In this document: positions 37,492-46,497 of the stretch, one piece after another
Layout: each line of letters opens with the position of its first letter
Position numbering within the stretch: the stretch's first letter is position 1
NCBI GenBank assembly: GCA_965221505.1
Contig: CBDCSI010000002.1
Coordinates: 522,052 to 586,051 of the forward strand
From: Rhodobacterales bacterium
GTDB taxonomy: Bacteria; Pseudomonadota; Alphaproteobacteria; Rhodobacterales; CAZPXZ01
Direction of reading: 5' to 3'
DNA length: 64,000 nt
Program-made: the position numbers and the translations under genes
Notes under the pieces: model-generated
Database searches by the model: none
What the model saw: the letters and a program-made list of their open reading frames with translations, nothing else
Told to the model about the DNA's origin: nothing

Positions 37492-37734
37492 ATGAGCGCA
37501 ACGGAAGCCAAGGACTATTCGGACGCGGACGCAAGGCTTGCCGCCGTGGAAAAGCGCATGAATACCCGGCAAGCGGAATACAGGAGCGACGTCGCAGCAC
37601 TGAGGGCAGACCTGAAGACCGACATCGCGAACCTGGCGAGGGACGACGCAGACCGTCACTCCCGGCTGATCCTCTCCATCGCGACGATGCTGGCAGGAAC
37701 GATCGCGATTCTCGGAGTTCTGATGCGAATCTGA
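37492..37734 (+). CDS. Small C-terminally membrane-anchored coiled-coil protein (DUF1640-like)
   Basis: 80 aa. Coiled-coil repeats RSDVAALRADLKTDIANLARD, followed by the hydrophobic tail LILSIATMLAGTIAILGVLMRI. Confidence 0.5.
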   Translation: MSATEAKDYSDADARLAAVEKRMNTRQAEYRSDVAALRADLKTDIANLARDDADRHSRLILSIATMLAGTIAILGVLMRI

Positions 37735-38193
37735 CCCGTGTTGCCGCTGGCGGCGCGAGGGCGACAAGAGCGCTCCCGAAAGCGATTTCAGCCCTGAGGG
37801 TGGGTTGGTCGGCAGTCGTCGCACCCACCCGGAAGACCGTAGCGGCCTTTTCGCCGATCCTGCGCCAGACCGAACTTCACCCGGGCATGCCCGCGGTTTT
37901 CGCTTGTTTTCGGAGAGTTTGCATCGATACGAGGTGGTGCGCCAATGGAATCGTTCCGCATGGTTCGACGCCGAGCCGGAGAAGCGCCTCGCCAGGAATT
38001 GGGAGCCGTGCGAGAAGCGTGAGGGGAGGGTCCGGTGGGTTTGCGCAACCGACTTCGTTGCAGGTCGGTTGGGTGAGAGCGGCCCCCTCTGGCCCGGTCG
38101 CGAGGCGATTGGCCCATCTGCTGTAGCCGGGCGAGATGGGTTCCCGACCAGATGCTATAAGGCCTCCCCAGTACAGGATCTGAGGACAACCGT

Positions 38194-38463
38194 GTGTTCG
38201 CGAAATTCTCCGAAGACGCGATTTCGCTGTCCGACCTGGGGGTCGATCCCGGCCGTGTCGTCAAGCATGTGACGGACCTGCGCCGGCCCGTGCTGCTCAC
38301 CCGTCGCGGGCGCGGCGTGGCCGTGATGCAATCGGTGGCCGACTACGAGGCGGCTTCCGAAGAGCGCGAATTCGTTCGGGCGGTCGTTGCCGGTCTCGTC
38401 GACAATGAGGCAAGCCGTGCGCTGTCGATCGAAGACGCCAGAACCCGGCTCGGTCTGAAGTAA
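38194..38463 (+). CDS. Type II antitoxin, Phd/YefM family
   Basis: GTG start. ISLSDLGVDPGRVVKHVTDLRRPVLLTRRGRGVAVMQSVADYEA is a typical Phd/YefM N-domain. Confidence 0.75.
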   Translation: MFAKFSEDAISLSDLGVDPGRVVKHVTDLRRPVLLTRRGRGVAVMQSVADYEAASEEREFVRAVVAGLVDNEASRALSIEDARTRLGLK

Positions 38464-38801
38464 ACCGAACCGAGATCGCCGATTCCGCGCTGGCCGACCT
38501 GGAGTCGAACCGGACCTGGTACGCCGGAATGCACGTGCCCGAGTTGGGCGAGCGCTCGAGCGACGAATTCGTCGCGAGCGTCGAGGCGCTCGCCGTTCGT
38601 CCCGACCCGGAGCGTATCGTCCCCGCATCCGAACCGGCCTCGCACCACACCGTGCGCACCGTCCGAGCGAAACGAACCCGCGAGCACCGATGCCGAATCG
38701 AGGCGCAGGAGTCCGGTCGACGGCCCGAATCGACGGGGCATCGCGACGAACGCGTACTGTCGTGCGGCGGGCGTCTGTTGACAAGAACCGGAACGCGATA
38801 G
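38460..38801 (+). pseudogene. ParE/RelE-like toxin, apparently degenerate
   Basis: The frame overlapping the antitoxin stop reads VNRTEIADSALADLESNRTWYAG...FVASVEALAVRPDPERIVPA. The codon at the expected start position is GTA, and no ATG/GTG/TTG occurs before an internal Met at 38529. The C-terminal half is poorly toxin-like. Confidence 0.4.
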
Positions 38802-38885
38802 AGACTGCTTTCTTTCGGGGAACGCCCTTCGTTTCCGGCCCCGCCGGACGCAAGTCCGCCCCACCATCATGACGGGAGACCTCGC

Positions 38886-39875
38886 ATGCTTTCTTCACGC
38901 ATCGCCCGCCGCGCGCTTCTCGGCGCAGCGGCCGCCACGGGCCTGACCCTCGCCGCCGGCGTCGGGGCGGCCGACACCCTGAAGGTCGCAGCCATCTACA
39001 CGCTACCGGTCGAGCAGCAGTGGATCAGCCGCATTCACAAGGCGCTGAACGCGGCCGCCGCGCGCGGCGAGATCGAATACACCTTCTCGGAGAACGTCGC
39101 CAACACCGACTACGAACGCGTGATGCGGGAATACGCCGAGGCCGGCCAGCAGCTGATCGTCGGCGAAGTCTTCGGCCTCGAACGGGCCGCCCGCAAGGTG
39201 GCCGCCGACTACGAGGACACGGCCTTCCTGATGGGTTCCTCCTTCGGTCCGTCCGGCAATAATTTCGCCGTTTTCGACAACTGGATTCACGAACCCAGCT
39301 ACCTCACCGGCATGATCGCCGGCGCGGCGACCGAGTCGAACGTCATCGGCATGGTCGGCGGATACGCCATTCCGGAAGTGAACCGCCTGATGAACGCCTT
39401 CAAGGACGGCGCCCGCGAGATGAACCCGGACGTCCGCTTCCTGGTCAATTTCATCGACAGCTGGTACGACCCGCCGAAGGCGAAGGAAAGCGCGTTCGCC
39501 ATGATGGACGCGGGCGCCGACATCATGTACGCCGAACGCTTCGGCGTGTCGGACGCGGCCGTCGAGCGCGGCGTGAAGGCGATCGGCAACGTGATCGACA
39601 CCGCCGGCGACTATCCCGAGACCATCATGGCCTCGGCCCTCTGGCACATGGAACCCACCATCGACCGCGCCATCGCGGCGGTGGCCAACGGCACCTTCGA
39701 GGCGGCCGATTACGGCCAGTACAGCTTCATGGTGTACGGCGGCGGCTCCCTGGTCGTGGACGAGAGCCTGGTTCCGGAGGACGTCCTGGCCGCAGTACGC
39801 GAGCGCGAGCAAGAGATCCGGGACGGACTGTTCCGCGTGAACGTCAACGACGCCGCGCCCGTTTCCGACGGTTGA
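38886..39875 (+). CDS. BMP-family (basic membrane protein / nucleoside-binding) ABC substrate-binding protein
   Basis: Signal peptide (RRALLGAAAATGLTLAAGVGAA) and the BMP-type pattern GEVFGLE...MVGGYAIPEVNR. Confidence 0.85.
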   Translation: MLSSRIARRALLGAAAATGLTLAAGVGAADTLKVAAIYTLPVEQQWISRIHKALNAAAARGEIEYTFSENVANTDYERVMREYAEAGQQLIVGEVFGLERAARKVAADYEDTAFLMGSSFGPSGNNFAVFDNWIHEPSYLTGMIAGAATESNVIGMVGGYAIPEVNRLMNAFKDGAREMNPDVRFLVNFIDSWYDPPKAKESAFAMMDAGADIMYAERFGVSDAAVERGVKAIGNVIDTAGDYPETIMASALWHMEPTIDRAIAAVANGTFEAADYGQYSFMVYGGGSLVVDESLVPEDVLAAVREREQEIRDGLFRVNVNDAAPVSDG

Positions 39876-39919
39876 ACCGACCCGGGGCCGGACCGGCCTC
39901 CGGTCCGGGCGCCCCTCGC

Positions 39920-41437
39920 ATGGCGGGCGCCGTGCTCGCCATGCGCGGGATGACAAAGCGATTCGGCCCGCTGGCAGCGGCCGACTCCATCGATCTCGAC
40001 CTGAATCGAGGCGAAGTGCTGGCGCTCCTCGGCGAGAACGGCGCCGGCAAGACCACGCTCATGAACATGCTGTTCGGCGAATACACTCCGGACGCGGGGG
40101 AGGTCCGGGTCCGGGACGAATCGGGCAACGAAACCGTCCTGCCGCCGGGCCAGCCGCAGGCGGCGATCGAAGCGCGGATCGGCATGGTCCACCAGCACTT
40201 CACCCTGGCGGAGAACCTCCCCGTTCTCGACAACATCCTTCTCGGAACCGAACGCCTGGCCAGCCTCCGGCTCTCCCGCAAGGGCGCCCGCAAGCGGCTG
40301 CAGGGCCTGATGGAGGCTTCGGGCCTGACGGCGCCGCTGGACGCGCGCATCCGCGACCTCTCGGTGGGCGAGCGGCAGCGGGTCGAGATCCTGAAGGCGC
40401 TCTACCGGGACGCCCGGATCCTGGTGTTGGACGAGCCCACGGCAGTGCTGACCCCGCAGGAAGCGGACAGCCTGTTCGTCGCGCTCCGCGAACTGGTCGA
40501 TTCCGGCCTTTCCGTGATCTTCATCTCCCACAAGCTGCGCGAGGTGCTGGCGTTTTCCGATCGCATCGTGGTTCTCCGACACGGCCGCAAGACCGGCGAG
40601 ATGCCCACGTCGGAAGCGGACGCCAACCGAATCGTCCGGATGATGGTCGGCGAGGAGCATGCCGGCGTCGAACGAACGCCGGGGACGCCGGGCGACCCGG
40701 CTCTCGCCCTCGACGGCATCGAAGTCCTTCCTTCCCGTTCCGGCGGCGCGCTCGCCGGGATTTCCTTGACGCTCCGCAGCGGCGAAATCGTCGGGATCGC
40801 CGGCGTGGCCGGTAACGGACAGAGCACGCTGGCGCAGGTGATCTCCGGCATTCGGCGGCCCGACGCCGGCAGCATCCGGATCGGCGGCCGCGAAGTCCGC
40901 AACCTGACGCCGGCCCGAGCCTTGCGCGAGAACATCGGACGCATCCCCGAAGACCGGCACCGGGACGGCATCGTGCCGGAAATGACGGTGGCCGAAAACC
41001 TGGTCATCGAACGGCTCGACTCGCCCGAAGTACAGAACTTCGGCGTGCTGCGCCGGGGCGCCGTCGACGCCCACGCGAGGGCGGCGATCGAGGAACACGA
41101 CATCCGCGGCCCCGGACCCGACGCCCGCGCGTCGCTGCTCTCCGGCGGCAACATCCAGAAACTGATTCTCGCCCGCGTGCTGGAGGCCGCGCCCGGCATC
41201 GTCCTGGCCAACCAGCCGACCCGGGGCCTCGACGTCCGGGCCGCGGGCGAGGTCTCCCGCCGACTGATCGAGGCGCGCGACCGGGGCGCCGGGGTCCTGC
41301 TGATCTCCGAGGACCTCGACGAGATCCTGGCGCTCTCGGACCGCATCCTCGTCATGCATGCCGGCCGCATCGCCGAGACCCCGTCGCGCAACCGCGCCGA
41401 AATCGGCGCCCTGATGGCGGGTGGCGCGGCCTCATGA
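39920..41437 (+). CDS. ABC transporter ATP-binding protein (two fused ATPase domains)
   Basis: Walker A GENGAGKTT, LSVGERQRVEI and a second domain with LSGGNIQK. An alternative TTG start at 39872 overlaps the upstream stop. Confidence 0.88.
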   Translation: MAGAVLAMRGMTKRFGPLAAADSIDLDLNRGEVLALLGENGAGKTTLMNMLFGEYTPDAGEVRVRDESGNETVLPPGQPQAAIEARIGMVHQHFTLAENLPVLDNILLGTERLASLRLSRKGARKRLQGLMEASGLTAPLDARIRDLSVGERQRVEILKALYRDARILVLDEPTAVLTPQEADSLFVALRELVDSGLSVIFISHKLREVLAFSDRIVVLRHGRKTGEMPTSEADANRIVRMMVGEEHAGVERTPGTPGDPALALDGIEVLPSRSGGALAGISLTLRSGEIVGIAGVAGNGQSTLAQVISGIRRPDAGSIRIGGREVRNLTPARALRENIGRIPEDRHRDGIVPEMTVAENLVIERLDSPEVQNFGVLRRGAVDAHARAAIEEHDIRGPGPDARASLLSGGNIQKLILARVLEAAPGIVLANQPTRGLDVRAAGEVSRRLIEARDRGAGVLLISEDLDEILALSDRILVMHAGRIAETPSRNRAEIGALMAGGAAS

Positions 41438-42524
41438 CCCGCCCGGGATCCGCGCCGTGATCGAAGTCGTTCCCCGCGAGGCGTCGCGCCGGTGGACGAC
41501 CGCGCTCCTGCCGGTGGCTGCAGGCATCGGCGCGCTGCTCCTGGCCGCCGTTCCGCTCGCCTTCGCCGGCGCCCCGATCCTGGCGGCCTACGCCCAGATG
41601 GCGGCGGGCGTCTTCGGCTCGATGTTCACGGTGACGGAGACCCTGACCCGCGCGACGCCGCTGATCTTCACCGGACTGGCGGCCGCGATCGCGTTTCGTG
41701 CGCGGCTGTGGAACATCGGCGGCGAGGGCCAGCTCTATCTCGGCGCCCTCGCGGCGGTCTGGATCGGCACCGGCATGATCGACGGGCCTTCCTTCCTGAT
41801 GATCCCGCTGGTGCTGGCCGCGGGCGCCCTGGCAGGCGCCTTCGGGATGCTGGGGCCGGCCTTCCTCAAGACCCGCTTCGGCGCCGACGAGGTGGTGACC
41901 TCGCTACTGCTCAACTTCATCATCCTGATCCTGGTCCAGATGATGCTCGAAGGGCCGTTCCAGGATCCGATGGGACTGGGATGGCCGCAGTCGGAACCCA
42001 TTCTGGACTCGGCCGCGCTGCCCACGCTGGTGGACCGCATGCGCCTGCACGCCGGCTTCCTCTTGGCGATCGCCGCCGCGCTCGTCGCCCATTTCGTGCT
42101 GGCGTATACCGTGTGGGGTTTTCGCATCCGCGCGGTCGGCGACAACGCCGCCGCAGCCCGGCATGCCGGGATCGGGGTGAACCGCACGCTTCTCGGCGTG
42201 GCCGTCGCCTCCGGCGCCTGCGCCGGCCTCGCCGGCGTCTCCGAGGTGGCGGGCCTCAAGGGCTACCTGACCTCCGACCTCTCGCCGGGCTTCGGCTACG
42301 CCGGGATCGTCGTGGCCATGCTCGCCGGCCTCTCGCCGCTCGGCGTGATCGCCGCGAGCCTGTTCGTGGCCAGCGTGTTCGTCGGCGCCGATTCGATGTC
42401 CCGTGCCATGGGCGTGTCCAGCTTCCTGGCCGATCTCACGGTTTCCATGTCGCTGATCTGCATGCTGGTGGCGGGATTCTTCGCCCGCTTCAAGCTGCGC
42501 CGACGAAGGCCGCGGGCGCCATGA
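41421..42524 (+). CDS. ABC transporter permease
   Basis: Polytopic membrane protein in the BMP operon. An alternative GTG start lies at 41457. Confidence 0.82.
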   Translation: MARPHDPPGIRAVIEVVPREASRRWTTALLPVAAGIGALLLAAVPLAFAGAPILAAYAQMAAGVFGSMFTVTETLTRATPLIFTGLAAAIAFRARLWNIGGEGQLYLGALAAVWIGTGMIDGPSFLMIPLVLAAGALAGAFGMLGPAFLKTRFGADEVVTSLLLNFIILILVQMMLEGPFQDPMGLGWPQSEPILDSAALPTLVDRMRLHAGFLLAIAAALVAHFVLAYTVWGFRIRAVGDNAAAARHAGIGVNRTLLGVAVASGACAGLAGVSEVAGLKGYLTSDLSPGFGYAGIVVAMLAGLSPLGVIAASLFVASVFVGADSMSRAMGVSSFLADLTVSMSLICMLVAGFFARFKLRRRRPRAP

Positions 42525-43465
42525 TCGACATTCTGCAGATCTTCCTGAGCGAGAGCTTCTGGGCGGCGAGCCTGCGCATCGCCAGTCCGCTGATCTTCGG
42601 CGTTCTCGGCGCGCTTCTCTGCGAGCGGGCCGGCGTGCTCAATCTCGGGATCGAAGGCATCTTCGTGGTCGGCGCCATGACCGGCTGGATGACGGTCTGG
42701 CTCGGCGCGCCGCTTGCCGTCGGCGTCATGGCCGCGGCCGCCGCCGGCGCCCTGTTCGGACTCCTGCACGGCGTTTTGACGGTGCCGCTCGGCCTCTCGC
42801 AACACGTCTCCGGCCTCGGCATCACGCTGTTCGCCAGTTCGCTGGCGTCCTTCGCCTATCGCACCGCGCTGCCGCAGGTGAGTTCTCCGCCCCGGATCGA
42901 ACCCTTCCGCGCGCTCGACGTTCCGCTCCTCTCCGACCTTCCCTTCTTCGGCCCGGTGCTCTTTCAGCAGACCGCCCTCACCTGGCTCGCCCTGTTGATG
43001 GTCGGCGTCGTCTGGTGGGTGATGGACCGTACCCCGCTCGGCGTGGCGCTCAAGGCGGTCGGGGACAATCCGGACGCGGTGAACGCCCAGGGACTCTCCG
43101 TCATCCGCCTTCGCATGGGCGCGGTGGTCGCCGGCTCGGCGCTGATGGCGCTCGGCGGGGCCTTCCTGACCATGTCCGCTTTCGACGCGTTCTTCTTCGG
43201 CATGGTGAACGGTCGCGGTTGGATCTGCATCGCCTTGGTGATCTTCGCCAGCTGGCAGCCGGGCAAGGCGCTCCTCGGCGCCCTCTTGTTCGGGATGTTC
43301 GACGCCCTCCAGGTCCGGCTCCAGACCGAAGCCGGCGCCTGGATCCCGCCCCAGGTCTTCCTGATGATGCCGTTCGTCCTGTCGATCGCGGCGCTCGTCA
43401 TCGTCGCCCGGCGCGCCGACTACCCCCGGGCGTTGCTTACGCCATGGTTCAAGGGACAGAGGTGA
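42521..43465 (+). CDS. ABC transporter permease
   Basis: ATG 42521 overlaps the upstream TGA (ATGA). MIDILQIFLSESFWAASLRIASPLIFGVLG. The track merges it into a longer shadow ORF that starts at 41492. Confidence 0.82.
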   Translation: MIDILQIFLSESFWAASLRIASPLIFGVLGALLCERAGVLNLGIEGIFVVGAMTGWMTVWLGAPLAVGVMAAAAAGALFGLLHGVLTVPLGLSQHVSGLGITLFASSLASFAYRTALPQVSSPPRIEPFRALDVPLLSDLPFFGPVLFQQTALTWLALLMVGVVWWVMDRTPLGVALKAVGDNPDAVNAQGLSVIRLRMGAVVAGSALMALGGAFLTMSAFDAFFFGMVNGRGWICIALVIFASWQPGKALLGALLFGMFDALQVRLQTEAGAWIPPQVFLMMPFVLSIAALVIVARRADYPRALLTPWFKGQR

Positions 43466-43469
43466 CCCG

Positions 43470-44753
43470 ATGACCGATCTCCTGATCAAGAACGCCACCC
43501 TCCCCGACGGGCGCACGGGCCAGGACATCGCCTGCTCCGGAGGGCGCATCACGGCGGTCGAGCCGGGTATCGAGGCGGAGGCGGGCGAAACGCTCGACGC
43601 CGGCGGGCGGCTGGTCTCGCCGCCGTTCGTCGATCCCCACTTTCACATGGACGCCACGCTTTCGCTCGGCCGCCCGCGCCTGAACGTCTCGGGAACCCTG
43701 CTCGAGGGAATCGCGCTCTGGGGCGAACTCAAGCCCATCCAGACCGTCGAGGAGATCGTCGAGCGGGCGCTTCGCTACTGCGACATCGCCGCCTCGATGG
43801 GGATCGGCGCCATCCGGACCCATGTCGACACCTGCGACGACGAACTCAAGGGCGTCGAGGCGCTGCTGGAAGTCCGCCGGAAGATCGCGCCCTATATCGA
43901 GCTTCAGCTCGTCGCCTTCCCGCAGGACGGCGTGTTCCGGTCGCCGAACGCATGGGAAAACACCGTACGGGCGCTGGACATGGGCGTCGACGTCGTGGGC
44001 GGCATCCCTCACTTCGAGCGCAGCATGGCGGACGGCGCGCGCTCCGTCGCCGCGCTCTGCGAGTTGGCGGCCGAGCGCGGACTTGCGGTCGACATGCACT
44101 GCGACGAGACCGACGATCCGCTCTCGCGCCATGTCGAGACGCTCGCGTACGAGACCCGACGGTTGGGCCTGCAGGGCCGGGTGGCCGGCTCCCATCTGAC
44201 CTCGATGCACTCGATGGACAACTATTACGTCTCGAAGCTCATTCCCCTGATGGTCGAGTCGGGAATGCACGCCATCGCCAATCCGCTGATCAACATCCTG
44301 ATCCAGGGTCGGCACGACAGCTATCCCAAGCGGCGCGGCCTCACGCGGGTCCGGGAGTTGCGCGACGCCGGCGTCACGGTCGGATTCGGGCAGGACTGCA
44401 TGATGGATCCCTGGCACAGTCTCGGCAGCGCCGACATGCTCGACGTCGCGTCCATGGGCCTACATGTGGGACAGCTCTCGTCGATGGAGGACATGCGCTG
44501 GTGCTTCCGGGCGGTGACGGAGAACTCGGCCCGGATCATGAACCTCGAGGGCTACGGCATCGCGAAGGGATGCGACGCCAATCTGGTGCTTCTGCATGCG
44601 AGGGATCCGATCGAAGCCATTCGCATTCGCGCCGCGCGCCTTGCGGTGATCCGAAAGGGGCGGGTCATCGCCCGGACTCCGGCCCCGGTTGCGACGCTTA
44701 AACTGGACGGGCGGCCCGACCGGGTCGATCCGTCGCTCGAGCGACAGGGGTAG
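43470..44753 (+). CDS. codA: Cytosine deaminase (amidohydrolase superfamily)
   Basis: VDPHFHMD metal motif and HCDETDD. Length 427 aa. Last gene of the BMP transporter cluster. Confidence 0.8.
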   Translation: MTDLLIKNATLPDGRTGQDIACSGGRITAVEPGIEAEAGETLDAGGRLVSPPFVDPHFHMDATLSLGRPRLNVSGTLLEGIALWGELKPIQTVEEIVERALRYCDIAASMGIGAIRTHVDTCDDELKGVEALLEVRRKIAPYIELQLVAFPQDGVFRSPNAWENTVRALDMGVDVVGGIPHFERSMADGARSVAALCELAAERGLAVDMHCDETDDPLSRHVETLAYETRRLGLQGRVAGSHLTSMHSMDNYYVSKLIPLMVESGMHAIANPLINILIQGRHDSYPKRRGLTRVRELRDAGVTVGFGQDCMMDPWHSLGSADMLDVASMGLHVGQLSSMEDMRWCFRAVTENSARIMNLEGYGIAKGCDANLVLLHARDPIEAIRIRAARLAVIRKGRVIARTPAPVATLKLDGRPDRVDPSLERQG

Positions 44754-44785
44754 CGTCCCGGCGAGGTCGGGCATCGACGGAGTCC

Positions 44786-45976
44786 TTATCGGGCCGACCT
44801 GTCGCCGAACGTCCGTCCGGGGCACAGTCCCGGCACGTGCGACGCCCAGTCTTCCTTTTCGATCGCCGCCAGGTTGCGGGGGTTCTCGAGGCGCCAGCGT
44901 CGGCATTTCTGGCGCAGGTTCCCGTCCGGGGATACGCCCAGTCTCCTGCGGTACGCATCGGCAATTCGTGCGGTTTGGTGCGGGCCGAAGTCCACGGTCA
45001 CGGAAACCGGCGCGCCTTCGATGAATGCTCTTGCCCTTGCCCGGCCCTCGGGGTCGAACCGGTCGCGCACCAGCGTGGAGACGAAGCCCTCGACTCGTTA
45101 CTGCCGCTCTCCGAGACAGCGCGCCGCCTCCCGAAGAGCCGGGGCATCCGACCGCGTGAACGCCACTACGGACCGCCCTTCCGCCGCCTCTTCCGGCGGC
45201 TGCCTGCAAAGAGCCCAACGCACGAATACGTCCAGTCCGTTGCCGGCGCCGATCAGATTGGCGACCGCCCGGCACAGGTTTGCGCTGACTCCCTCGCCGA
45301 TTCGCTCCTCGACGTGTCGAACGTCTCCTTCGCGATCGAGCCGCACGGCCGCCTCTCGTGAACCACGCAGGCCAGACACCAGCATCCGCGTCACCCGCCG
45401 CTCGAACGGCTCCGGCCGAGACGGTCCGCCCGGTTCCGATTCGATCGAGGACGGCGCGACCGGAACCGACAGGTCGACCGCGAAGCTGTCGTGTCCGTTC
45501 CGACCCCATCCTACGCGGTCGACGAACGAGACCGCCTTTCGGTCGAGATCCGCGCGAAACGCGCTTCGGGGCCGGGATACCGAACAGGCGGCGGCCAGGA
45601 GGAGATTGCGCGATTCCTCGAGGAGACCTACTCCAGTGGAGAGCGACATCGGGTTTTCGTCGCCGCCGCTCGGCAAGCGAACGCGAACCAAGTCGAATCC
45701 GGCCAGCGACAAGTCCGCGAGCACTGTCGACGAGGGCCGATTCTCCACGCGCCCGACGGAGTCCGCGAGTTGCAGGAGTCTGGTTGCGTAGTCCGCGAAT
45801 TCGGTCGACGCGGGCACGAGGACGGACTCTCGCTCGTCTTCACGCAGGCACCACGCGTCTCCCTTGCTTCCGCGCAAGGGTCCGAGCCGGTCCCATCCGT
45901 AGGCGGACAGATACGCACGAACGTCTTGCGGGCTGACGCCGCGGGCGAGCGCGATGTCCGTGGCTCGAACGTTCAT
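44786..45976 (-). pseudogene. Conserved-hypothetical-like gene interrupted by one in-frame TAA (track ORFs 45098..45976 and 44786..45070 share a frame)
   Basis: The stop occupies 45098-45100. The downstream ORF's first codon (GTG at 45070) lies in the same codon register. Across the junction it reads ...LGERQ*RVEGFVSTLVRDRFDPEG... Confidence 0.6.
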
Positions 45977-46454
45977 GCAGGCTATATCCGTACGCGCGTC
46001 GCCAGCGGCACGATCCGTGACGGGCCGAGCCGGTCTATCGGGCGACGCGACGCCCCGCGCCGGGGAACGATTCGTCGCATCTCGATCTCCGTGCCGTCAC
46101 CTACAGACGAGCCGACCGATCACGAGCGACGCTGACGTTGACGTCGAGCAGACGGCGCCAAGTCTTCTATCGGTCGTGAAGTTGCCCTGAGAGTCCAGAG
46201 TATCGGGGTGCGTGAGCGGTGTCATACCGTCGAGTCGCTCCGGGATCGCGAGGGGTAGAATTTCGGGGATCCGTGCCGGACGGTTCGCGTCAGCCGGAGA
46301 CGGCGACGGAGCGACAGCGGGACGGCTTGCGCGATACACTCGACATGCGCCGACACCCTGGGTGGAAGGAATTCTCGCCGGCAGCGGCGGTGGGTGAAGC
46401 GCATGAAGGGCGTCGCGCCGGACTGTCCAGAGCAGGGACAACCCACAGGAATTT

Positions 46455-46483
46455 GACGAGCGAGCCGCCGTGCTCGCCTCGTC
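46455..46483 (+). promoter_or_regulatory. Imperfect stem-loop directly upstream of the fic ribosome-binding site
   Basis: GACGAGCGAGC-cgccgt-GCTCGC(C)TCGTC: an 11-bp stem with one bulged base. It ends 6 nt before GAGGTGA and 14 nt before the ATG. Confidence 0.35.
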
Positions 46484-46497
46484 GTCTGAGGTGAATC

